Below are positions 1 to 7,300 of a stretch of 33,410 bases of DNA, one piece after another. Both the position numbers and the translations under genes were made by a program. The notes beneath the pieces are model-generated. The model was not told the DNA's origin and searched no databases. It saw only the letters and a program-made list of their open reading frames with translations. How positions within the stretch are numbered: position 1 is the first letter of the stretch; each line of letters begins with the position of its first letter. The stretch spans positions 1-33,410 of the IMG/VR virus record IMGVR_UViG_3300025267_000060; one strand, 5' to 3'. The stretch comes from a virus. Taxonomy: Duplodnaviria > Caudoviricetes.

Positions 1-156
1 ATGCCTGACGTATTAATGAACGATGATGGTTCTGTTAAAACTTTCATTGATGAAGTTACGGCATGGCGGTACATGGAGTTGATTTGTAAAGAGTTTGATT
101 TCCCCACGAATATGTTTATGAATGATGCTTGTATAGGATTAATGAGGATACATTAA
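1..156 (+). CDS. Hypothetical protein (51 aa visible, possibly 5'-truncated by the window edge)
   Basis: Hand translation of frame 1: MPDVLMNDDGSVKTFIDEVTAWRYMELICKEFDFPTNMFMNDACIGLMRIH*. The TAA at 154-156 overlaps the next ATG (TAATG), as expected for translational coupling. Confidence 0.6.
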   Translation: MPDVLMNDDGSVKTFIDEVTAWRYMELICKEFDFPTNMFMNDACIGLMRIH

Positions 157-371
157 TGTCGAAAGTAGAATTAACTCAACGTAAACTGGATGGTAAGTGG
201 GTGAGGTGGGAACTCCTTGACTCTCATAAACCAAACGGTATAGGTATGACTGCAACGTGGCCTAGATATAAGTGGGTAGTCACTGGTGTATGGGAGCGTA
301 AACCTAAAATATCAGACCTTTACTTCCATGCTTTTTATGAGGGACAACCCCATGCAGAAATTGAGAATTGA
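156..371 (+). CDS. Hypothetical early protein, Trp-rich
   Basis: ORF track 129..371. ATG156 is preferred because it has GAGGA upstream and a TAATG overlap with the previous gene. Confidence 0.65.
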   Translation: MSKVELTQRKLDGKWVRWELLDSHKPNGIGMTATWPRYKWVVTGVWERKPKISDLYFHAFYEGQPHAEIEN

Positions 372-681
372 GAAGTGGAAAAGTAGCTGGCAGATTGTTG
401 CTGGCCCTGATCCAGTGGAAACAAAAGTTGGAATCTTCTTGACATTTCAAGAAGCTTATGATACATATAGCAGAATGAGAGGTAATGATGGACATAGAGA
501 GGGAACTACGACGGAATGTGAAGGAACTACAGGAACAGTTGAGCAGATCTCACAAGAGGATCAAGACTCTACAGGAGGAGATCCACTACCTACGAAGGCA
601 AATAAAACCAGAAGAAAGTTTCCGAAGTGGTATGTCTGGCTGGGCCTTAATGGAAGATCCAACCGAAAGAAAGTAGCTTGA
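352..681 (+). CDS. Hypothetical protein; the 3' part overlaps the next gene and is doubtful
   Basis: ORF track 286..681. ATG352 has GAGGGA upstream and the ORF fills the otherwise empty 372-484 interval. Confidence 0.4.
   Translation: MQKLRIEKWKSSWQIVAGPDPVETKVGIFLTFQEAYDTYSRMRGNDGHREGTTTECEGTTGTVEQISQEDQDSTGGDPLPTKANKTRRKFPKWYVWLGLNGRSNRKKVA
485..676 (+). CDS. Small coiled-coil protein
   Basis: GAGGT upstream of the ATG. Heptad-like pattern in ELRRNVKELQEQLSRSHKRIKTLQEEIHYLR. Confidence 0.75.
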   Translation: MMDIERELRRNVKELQEQLSRSHKRIKTLQEEIHYLRRQIKPEESFRSGMSGWALMEDPTERK

Positions 682-851
682 GTAATAAGGTTTATCTTTT
701 TGATGAGATGATGTATGAAGATGTTTCACGACTAGGGAGGGCTGGTTTTCTAGAAAAATATGGACTTGACAAAGAATATATTTATGATAAGATAACCGGA
801 CAATACATAAGAGACATCACAAGAAAAGCATTAGAGGATATTAAGCAGTGA
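678..851 (+). CDS. Hypothetical 57 aa protein, paralog of the gene at 897..1073 (absent from ORF track)
   Basis: TTG start 2 nt after the previous stop. Translation: MSNKVYLFDEMMYEDVSRLGRAGFLEKYGLDKEYIYDKITGQYIRDITRKALEDIKQ*. It shares M-ED---L-R-----K-G-D-EYI-DKI-G with the downstream ORF. Confidence 0.7.
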   Translation: MSNKVYLFDEMMYEDVSRLGRAGFLEKYGLDKEYIYDKITGQYIRDITRKALEDIKQ

Positions 852-896
852 AAGTTAAATCCAATGAAACGAATGACAGTAAAGGAGTGGAGAACA

Positions 897-1073
897 ATGG
901 GTAAGGTAAAGGCATGGCTCATGGATATGGAAGAAGATGCCACAATTTTGCCACGATCTGAGTGGGTACAGAAACATGGTACAGATCGAGAATATATCTT
1001 TGATAAGATCCAAGGTGAGTTGAATGAAATTCAAGGAGAGTTAAATCTTTGGAGGGATAACAACAGTGTCTGA
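897..1073 (+). CDS. Hypothetical phage protein (MGKVKAWLMDMEED...)
   Basis: ORF track 864..1073. AAGGAG/GGAG lies directly upstream of ATG897. Confidence 0.75.
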   Translation: MGKVKAWLMDMEEDATILPRSEWVQKHGTDREYIFDKIQGELNEIQGELNLWRDNNSV

Positions 1074-1281
1074 CTCTAGCTGTGAAGTTATAGCTCTCTC
1101 TGAGTTTAGAGAAACGTTGCAGGAACAGGAGGGAGAGATGGAGTTGTGTCTCCCTCTTTCCATGATCAGAGATTTAATTCTGAAAGGATATGATCCTACT
1201 TCTTTACAGGACATAGAGAAATATATTTTTATTCATGATGCTATAGATACAATGTTATTGAGGTATGATAAAGATGGCTAA
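1066..1281 (+). CDS. Hypothetical acidic protein
   Basis: GTG start with GGAGG upstream; overlaps both neighbours by 8 nt. Confidence 0.65.
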   Translation: MSDSSCEVIALSEFRETLQEQEGEMELCLPLSMIRDLILKGYDPTSLQDIEKYIFIHDAIDTMLLRYDKDG

Positions 1282-1468
1282 CAGTTTATTACAAAGGGAA
1301 AGACAGAAGATCTTTAGGTCTATTACACGGCAGTACAAGGCAGAAGGATATGACATTAAAGAATCTAAACGTCTAGCAAAAATGGAAGTGGATGATATCA
1401 TGTCTGACAAAGAAGCCTTCATAGATAATTTTATGAAAGATATGTGGACGGATGCTGACGAATATTAA
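1274..1468 (+). CDS. Hypothetical protein
   Basis: ORF track 1265..1468. ATG1274 lies downstream of GAGGT; contiguous gene packing. Confidence 0.7.
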   Translation: MANSLLQRERQKIFRSITRQYKAEGYDIKESKRLAKMEVDDIMSDKEAFIDNFMKDMWTDADEY

Positions 1469-1727
1469 AGTTGTCTGTGTGGAATGGATTGATTCAGCAG
1501 AGTATGATGATGCCGATTGGAAATCTGAAAATGAGGTCAAGGAATTAGTGCCCATGAGAATTAAATCTTGTGGTATGTTGGTGAATGAGGATGATCTTTA
1601 TATAACTTTAGCTGGGTCAATAAATAATTGTGACACAATAGGTGAAGCACAATATGGTGGATTGCTTAGTATACCTAAGTGTGCCGTTATAAAACAGTGG
1701 TCTTTTTCAAGGAGTTTCCTAACATGA
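1452..1727 (+). CDS. Conserved-type small phage hypothetical protein
   Basis: Pattern V-x-V-x-W-x-D-S...W...G-x-L...I-P-K, which I recognise from common small phage proteins. Its stop overlaps the thyX start (ATGA). Confidence 0.75.
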   Translation: MLTNIKVVCVEWIDSAEYDDADWKSENEVKELVPMRIKSCGMLVNEDDLYITLAGSINNCDTIGEAQYGGLLSIPKCAVIKQWSFSRSFLT

Positions 1728-2437
1728 GTAAGATAGATTTAATAGATCACATGGGAGATGATACAACCATTGTCAATGCTGCCAGAGTATCTTTTGATAA
1801 ATGTATAGATAAGGTAATGGAAAGCAAAGATGAAAAACTAATTAAATATCTGGCAGAACATGGTCATTGGTCACCCTTCTCTCATGGGTTTGCTACATTC
1901 AAGATTAAAGCATCTATTTTTGTAGCTAGACAATTACAGAAGCATCAAGTAGGACTGGCGTGGAATGAGGTTAGCCGAAGATATGTTGACAGTGAGCCAG
2001 ATTTCTGGTATCCTCTCGTTTGGAGAGAAAGATCTGAAGATAAAAAACAAGGATCAACTTCCAAGGAAGCTCCTAACAATGAATGGTTTGATAGAAAATA
2101 TAGGGATGTACTTAGATTGGCTACGGAAACATATAAAGATATGGTCAAAGAAGGAGTATGTCCTGAACAAGCTAGGGCTGTGCTACCTCAGAGTATGTAC
2201 ACGTCATGGTACTGGAGTGGTTCTCTCTATGCTTTTGCAAGAGTGTGTAATCTCAGACTACAAGGAGATGCTCAAGCTGAAACTAAATTTGTAGCAGAAA
2301 ATATAGCTTATCATATGAGAAATTTATTTCCAATTTCATGGAAGCATCTTGTTAAACATGTTACTAGAAGGGAAGAAGAAATGAGTGAGAGAGCAACAGA
2401 AATTTCCGATGAATCTTGGCCGGGACCGGGGGTATAA
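1724..2437 (+). CDS. thyX: FAD-dependent thymidylate synthase
   Basis: Motifs IVNAARVSF, HWSPF, ARQLQKHQVG..WNEVSRRY, EQARAVLPQSMYT and RL...AQ.E. AAGGAG SD precedes ATG1724. Confidence 0.95.
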   Translation: MSKIDLIDHMGDDTTIVNAARVSFDKCIDKVMESKDEKLIKYLAEHGHWSPFSHGFATFKIKASIFVARQLQKHQVGLAWNEVSRRYVDSEPDFWYPLVWRERSEDKKQGSTSKEAPNNEWFDRKYRDVLRLATETYKDMVKEGVCPEQARAVLPQSMYTSWYWSGSLYAFARVCNLRLQGDAQAETKFVAENIAYHMRNLFPISWKHLVKHVTRREEEMSERATEISDESWPGPGV

Positions 2438-4066
2438 ATGACACAAAGTCAATGGTTAGATAGAGGACCATGCCCAAATCCAGAATGTGATTCCAGTGAT
2501 GGAAACGTCCAGCATAAAGCAGGACATTCATATTGTTTTGTTTGTCACACACGATTTGGAGATAATATTTTATCAATGCCAAAGCAAGAGGTAAAGTCCA
2601 TGACTACAACAGGAAATTGGGGGGATCTTAGTGATCGTAAGATCTCTATGGAAACCGCCAAGAAATTTAGTACAAAGATCAAGACTGATGGCAGCATAGT
2701 AACCCATCACTTGTATGGATATTTCAATGAGTTGGGTACTCAAATAGGGATGAAAATAAGACAGACCAAGGACAAACGAATGTGGGTTGAGGGAGATATA
2801 AGTGATGCCGTTCTCTTTGGTCAGAATATCTTTTCACCCAAAGGTAAATACATAACTATATGTGAAGGTGAAGTGGATGCAATGAGTGCTTATGAACTCA
2901 TGGGATCTAAGTGGCCCAGTGTGTCCATCAAGACAGGGGCTGCTGGTGCATTAAGGGATTGCAAGAAAGCCTTCTCTTATCTGGATAGCTTTGATACAGT
3001 GGTCTTATGTTTCGACATGGACAAGCAGGGACGAAAGGCCAGTGAAGAAGTGGCTCAGTTGTTTGCTCCCAATAAATGTAAGATAGTACATCTGGAACAT
3101 AAAGATGCTAATGAGTATCTGAAGATGGGTCAGAGGGAGGCATTCAATAAGTGTTGGTGGAATGCTCAACCGTACACCCCTGCTGGGATTATTAACCTCA
3201 AGGATATCGGTAGTAGTCTATACGAAGAGGATTATTGTGAGACTTGTCTATACCCTTGGCCTCAGATGAATGAGAAGACCTATGGAATGAGAACCGGGGA
3301 ATTAATTTGTTTCACTTCTGGAGCTGGAATGGGAAAGTCCAGCATCATGAGGGAGTTAATGCATCACCTCTTGAGAAATACGGAAGATAACATAGGGGTG
3401 TTAGCTCTGGAGGAAAGTGTAAAGAATACAGCATGGAATATCATGAGTGTGGAAGCCTCTTCCAGACTGTACATAAAAGAAGTTAGAGAAGGATTTGAAA
3501 GGGAGCAATTAGAGACATGGCAAGAAGCTACTATTAATTCTGGAAGGTTCTTTGCCTTTGATCATTTTGGTAGTATAGGAAATGATGAGATCCTGAGTAG
3601 AATTAGATTCATGGCACAGGCACTGGGTTGTAAGTGGATTGTGTTAGACCATCTTAGTATATTAGTTAGTGGACAAGAAGAATCATTTGGAGATGAAAGG
3701 AAGTCAATAGATATGTTAATGACCAAGTTGAGATCATTGGTGGAGCAAACGGGGATAGGGTTGTTGCTTGTATCCCACCTACGTAGACCTTCTGGTGATC
3801 GTGGACATGAGGAAGGAAAAGAAGTATCTCTTTCACATCTTAGGGGATCGGCCAGCATAGCTCATCTAAGTGATGGAGTTATAGCCTTGGAAAGAAATCA
3901 ACAAGAGGATGATGAGATACTTTCCAATACCACCACGGTACGTATTCTAAAGAATCGATACACAGGTGAGACAGGAGTGTGTACTCACTTGTTTTATGAT
4001 AGAAAAACTGGTAGAATGACAGAGATTGACAATCCATTTAACACAGGAGATAATGATGGGAACTAA
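2438..4066 (+). CDS. T7 gp4-like DNA primase-helicase
   Basis: N-terminal Zn ribbon (CPNPECDSSD...YCFVC), TOPRIM motifs (ICEGEVDAMS, FDMDKQG), Walker A (SGAGMGKS), Walker B (IVLDHL), and LVSHLRR, LRGSASI, KNRYTGETG. Confidence 0.96.
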   Translation: MTQSQWLDRGPCPNPECDSSDGNVQHKAGHSYCFVCHTRFGDNILSMPKQEVKSMTTTGNWGDLSDRKISMETAKKFSTKIKTDGSIVTHHLYGYFNELGTQIGMKIRQTKDKRMWVEGDISDAVLFGQNIFSPKGKYITICEGEVDAMSAYELMGSKWPSVSIKTGAAGALRDCKKAFSYLDSFDTVVLCFDMDKQGRKASEEVAQLFAPNKCKIVHLEHKDANEYLKMGQREAFNKCWWNAQPYTPAGIINLKDIGSSLYEEDYCETCLYPWPQMNEKTYGMRTGELICFTSGAGMGKSSIMRELMHHLLRNTEDNIGVLALEESVKNTAWNIMSVEASSRLYIKEVREGFEREQLETWQEATINSGRFFAFDHFGSIGNDEILSRIRFMAQALGCKWIVLDHLSILVSGQEESFGDERKSIDMLMTKLRSLVEQTGIGLLLVSHLRRPSGDRGHEEGKEVSLSHLRGSASIAHLSDGVIALERNQQEDDEILSNTTTVRILKNRYTGETGVCTHLFYDRKTGRMTEIDNPFNTGDNDGN

Positions 4067-4547
4067 GAAATTTGATAGAGAGTTATATAATAAAGCAGAC
4101 CCCTTGTCCAATGGGGTAATGGTGAAGTGGTTGGACAAGAACGGATATGAAGACATAGATCCAAAAGAAACTTATGGAGTGGATATCACATGTAAGAAGG
4201 ATGACACTCCAGCTTTCTTTGAGACTGAAATAAAATATAGCTGGGTTAGAGATTGGCCTAATCATTGGAATGAAATACGTATTCCTTATCGGAAACATAA
4301 AATCATAGATAAGTGGGTACAGTCTGGAGGAGAAGGAACATTGACATTTGTTGTGTTCAGACCTGATTGTAAGCAAGCATGGTTCATTGATGGTCAAGCT
4401 GTTAGAGATTCCAGAATTGATATCATGAGTACTAGGTATTCCAAAGATGAAAAGTTCTATCATATAGATGTCAACGATGCCAATTTAATTAATATGGAGG
4501 GTTTAGCTAATGCAGATGAGTTTATAAATTCAAAATACCCCTCATGA
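4056..4547 (+). CDS. Putative PD-(D/E)XK-fold nuclease
   Basis: YGVDI...FFETEIK resembles the PD-(D/E)xK core. AGGAG SD upstream; ATG4053 is an alternative start. Confidence 0.55.
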   Translation: MGTKKFDRELYNKADPLSNGVMVKWLDKNGYEDIDPKETYGVDITCKKDDTPAFFETEIKYSWVRDWPNHWNEIRIPYRKHKIIDKWVQSGGEGTLTFVVFRPDCKQAWFIDGQAVRDSRIDIMSTRYSKDEKFYHIDVNDANLINMEGLANADEFINSKYPS

Positions 4548-4723
4548 AATGGATGCTTATTTTAACACTTGTTCCTCTGGTATCATGGATAATAATGTTG
4601 TTTATTACCTTCATTTTAAAGATACACACAGAAGACCTGTGCTTTCATAGTGGCTTTGGGATATGGTTATCTTCTTTACTTACAGCTTACGGGTTCTTTC
4701 TGTATAATATAATGAGAGGTTAA
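4544..4723 (+). CDS. Small membrane protein, 59 aa, two predicted TM helices (absent from ORF track)
   Basis: MKWMLILTLVPLVSWIIMLFITFILKIHTEDLCFHSGFGIWLSSLLTAYGFFLYNIMRG*. ATGA overlap with the upstream stop; it ends 1 nt before the iscA start, filling the gap exactly. Confidence 0.75.
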   Translation: MKWMLILTLVPLVSWIIMLFITFILKIHTEDLCFHSGFGIWLSSLLTAYGFFLYNIMRG

Positions 4724-4724
4724 T

Positions 4725-5042
4725 ATGATAAATCTTACTGAAGAAGCTAATGAGCACCTGTCACGTATAGTCAGGGATCAAGATGTTAAAGGCATACAGC
4801 TTGGGGTGAAGGGTGGTGGTTGTGCTGGCTTCACCTACGAGTGGGACACATTGAATGATATCCCTGAGAAGCATACTGTAATATCCTTGCTTGATGGTAA
4901 TTTATATGTTAGACCAGAAGCCATGATGTTTCTATTGGGTGTAACTATAGACTATACTAATGACATCAATGGTTCATATATCGTATTTAAAAATCCCAAT
5001 GCTACATCTCAGTGTGGCTGTGGAGAAAGTTTTGGAGTATGA
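4725..5042 (+). CDS. iscA: A-type iron-sulfur cluster carrier protein (IscA/SufA/HesB family)
   Basis: INLTEEA start, GVKGGGCAGFTY, and FKNPNATSQCGCGESF; all three conserved Cys are present. Confidence 0.93.
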   Translation: MINLTEEANEHLSRIVRDQDVKGIQLGVKGGGCAGFTYEWDTLNDIPEKHTVISLLDGNLYVRPEAMMFLLGVTIDYTNDINGSYIVFKNPNATSQCGCGESFGV

Positions 5043-6676
5043 ATGTAGTACTTGATATTGAAACTGATTCTTTAAAGCCAACAAAGATCCATTGTATTGT
5101 AGCCAAGGATCTTTCTACATCTCAGGTACATATATGGGATCAGGACAATCTTGATAAGTTCAAGCCTTGGTCTGAGACTGTGAATAGTTTTGTCATGCAC
5201 AATGGAATATCTTTTGATGCCCCTCATCTGAATAGATTGTTGGGAACAAATATAAAATTGAAGCAGATAAAAGATACAATGATAATGTCACAATTGTTTA
5301 ATCCAGTAAGAGAGGATGGACACAGTTTAGCTGCATGGGGAAAAAGATTAAAGTTCCCCAAGATGGAATGTGATAATTATTCTGAATACACAGAGGATAT
5401 GTTAGAGTACTGTAAGAATGATGTGCTTCTAACTGAGAAAGTGTATGACCGTTTAAACAATGAGGGTAAAGACTTTTCCTCCTATGCTATTGCTTTAGAA
5501 CATAAGACCAGAGCTATTCTGGATCAGCAGGAGAAGAACGGCTTTGCCTTGGACATACAAAAAACTATAGGACTTCTGGGGAGATTATCAGATGAGGCAC
5601 AGGAATTAACAGAGTGGTCTTTGCAAGAGTTCTCTCCCACTAAGATCCTTTTAAAGACAAAGACCAAGATGATTCCATTCAACATAGCAAGCAGACAACA
5701 GATTGCAGCCCGTCTAAAGAAGAGGGGGTGGAAGCCAAAACAATTCACACCTAAATCAGAGCAACCCATGATCAATGAAGAGATTCTAAATAAAATTGAC
5801 ATGGAAGAGGCCAAGAAATTCTCACGGTTTTTTCTTCTGCAAAAAAGAATAGCTCAGATACAGGGGTGGATAGATGCCTATGATGACACGACAGGGAGAG
5901 TACATGGCAGAGTTCTTACTCTGAAGACTATCACTGGACGTATGGCACATATGTCTCCCAACATGGCAAATGTCCCGGCTGTGAGATCCCCCTTTGGGGA
6001 AGAGTGTAGAGATTGCTGGACAGTGGGGAATCCTCAAACACATTCTCTGGTGGGAACAGATGCCTCTGGTCTGGAACTTAGATGCTTGGCCCACCTCATG
6101 AATGATAAAGAGTTCACCAATGAGCTTGTGAATGGAGATATTCACACAAGAAATATGAAGATGGCTGGAATAACAGACAGAGATCAATGTAAAACTTTTA
6201 TTTATGCTTGGCTATACGGAGCACAAGCCTATAAGATAGGGCAAATAGTAGGAGTAAACAAAGCACAGGCACAGGTTCTTATCAATAAATTCCTAGAGAA
6301 TATGCCAACCTTGGCAAAGGTCCGTAATGACATCTCAGAGGAGGCAGAGACGGGTACAGTCGATGGTGTGGATGGGAGGAAACTCCATATTAGAAGCCCT
6401 CACAGTGCTCTTAATACCCTCATACAAGGGGCTGGTGCTGTTGTGTGTAAGGAGTGGCTAATTAATATGATCATTCGTGTAAACCAATCGGGGCTTGATG
6501 TCAAGCTGGTAGCTTCCATTCATGATGAGTATCAGTTTGAAGTTGCCAAGAAAGATGTGAAGGAATTTGGTAAGATAACCAAGGAAGCTATTCAATACAC
6601 AGAGAAAAAACTAGAATTTAATTGTCCCTTAGATAGTACATGGAAAGAAGGAGAGACATGGGCTGAGACACATTAA
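5039..6676 (+). CDS. polA: DNA polymerase family A with 3'-5' exonuclease (T7 gp5-like)
   Basis: Exonuclease motifs LDIETD, HNGISFD and YCKNDV. Polymerase motif A GTDASGLELR, motif B RDQCKTFIYAWLYG, motif C IHDEYQ. ATGA overlap with the iscA stop. Confidence 0.96.
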   Translation: MNVVLDIETDSLKPTKIHCIVAKDLSTSQVHIWDQDNLDKFKPWSETVNSFVMHNGISFDAPHLNRLLGTNIKLKQIKDTMIMSQLFNPVREDGHSLAAWGKRLKFPKMECDNYSEYTEDMLEYCKNDVLLTEKVYDRLNNEGKDFSSYAIALEHKTRAILDQQEKNGFALDIQKTIGLLGRLSDEAQELTEWSLQEFSPTKILLKTKTKMIPFNIASRQQIAARLKKRGWKPKQFTPKSEQPMINEEILNKIDMEEAKKFSRFFLLQKRIAQIQGWIDAYDDTTGRVHGRVLTLKTITGRMAHMSPNMANVPAVRSPFGEECRDCWTVGNPQTHSLVGTDASGLELRCLAHLMNDKEFTNELVNGDIHTRNMKMAGITDRDQCKTFIYAWLYGAQAYKIGQIVGVNKAQAQVLINKFLENMPTLAKVRNDISEEAETGTVDGVDGRKLHIRSPHSALNTLIQGAGAVVCKEWLINMIIRVNQSGLDVKLVASIHDEYQFEVAKKDVKEFGKITKEAIQYTEKKLEFNCPLDSTWKEGETWAETH

Positions 6677-6713
6677 AAAAGTTCTTGACATTATAATTAG
6701 AGTATGTCATAAT
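6674..6713 (+). promoter_or_regulatory. Sigma70-like promoter upstream of the SSB gene
   Basis: TTGACA (6685-6690), 17 bp spacer, TG-n-CATAAT (6708-6713), with an A-tract upstream. Shares TAAAAAAGTTCTTGACAT with the promoter at 11061. Confidence 0.85.
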
Positions 6714-6747
6714 GCATTTTAAATTCAACAAAGGAGAAATATAAAAT

Positions 6748-7248
6748 ATGTCTGAAGTAAAAAGATCTGTAAGTGTTATTTCTGGAACAGCATACTGGGC
6801 CTCCGTTGTGGCTCCCAACACTACCTTTGATAGTGACGGAGTATGGTCTATTGATATATGCAATCTGGATAAAGAAAGTCTAGCCATTGTTAAAGAAGAT
6901 GGACTAGAGGTTAAGAATAAGAAGGATGATCGTGGTGACTTTGTTACTGTTAAACGAAAGGTTCGTAATCAAAAGACGGGAGAACTTAATCGTGCTCCTA
7001 CTCTTGTAGATGCACAAAAACGGACCATGATGAACACTGCTGTTGGAAATGGCTCTGTTGTTAATGTGCGTTACAGGGCTTATCCTTGGGAGTTTGGTGG
7101 TCGTAAAGGTATTAGCGGTCACTTGCTGGGTGTTCAAGTCATGGAACTTGTTCCTTATGCTTCTGAAAACGATGGAGAAGATTTTGAGGTTCATTCCAAG
7201 GGATACTCTGCCGATGAAGCAGAGGAAGATATTTCCCTAGCATCTTAA
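6748..7248 (+). CDS. Single-stranded DNA-binding protein (T7 gp2.5-like)
   Basis: GTAYWASV..PNTTF, VGNGS.V.V and LLGVQVMELVPY, plus an acidic C-terminal tail. Strong AAGGAG SD; located after the polymerase. Confidence 0.85.
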   Translation: MSEVKRSVSVISGTAYWASVVAPNTTFDSDGVWSIDICNLDKESLAIVKEDGLEVKNKKDDRGDFVTVKRKVRNQKTGELNRAPTLVDAQKRTMMNTAVGNGSVVNVRYRAYPWEFGGRKGISGHLLGVQVMELVPYASENDGEDFEVHSKGYSADEAEEDISLAS

Positions 7249-7260
7249 AGAAAGGAGTAA

Positions 7261-7297
7261 GGGGAGAGGTTTTTGTGGTAGGCCTCTCCCCCTTTTT
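7261..7297 (+). terminator. Rho-independent terminator-like hairpin
   Basis: GGGGAGAGG (7261-7269) pairs with CCTCTCCCC (7283-7291) and is followed by CTTTTT. Confidence 0.75.
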
Positions 7298-7300
7298 ACT

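Noticed and set aside
439-796. TTGACA hexamers at 439-444 and 766-771 as promoters
   Set aside because: Both lie inside ORFs. The -10 at proper spacing is poor (TACATA for the first, none for the second). The first remains weakly possible.
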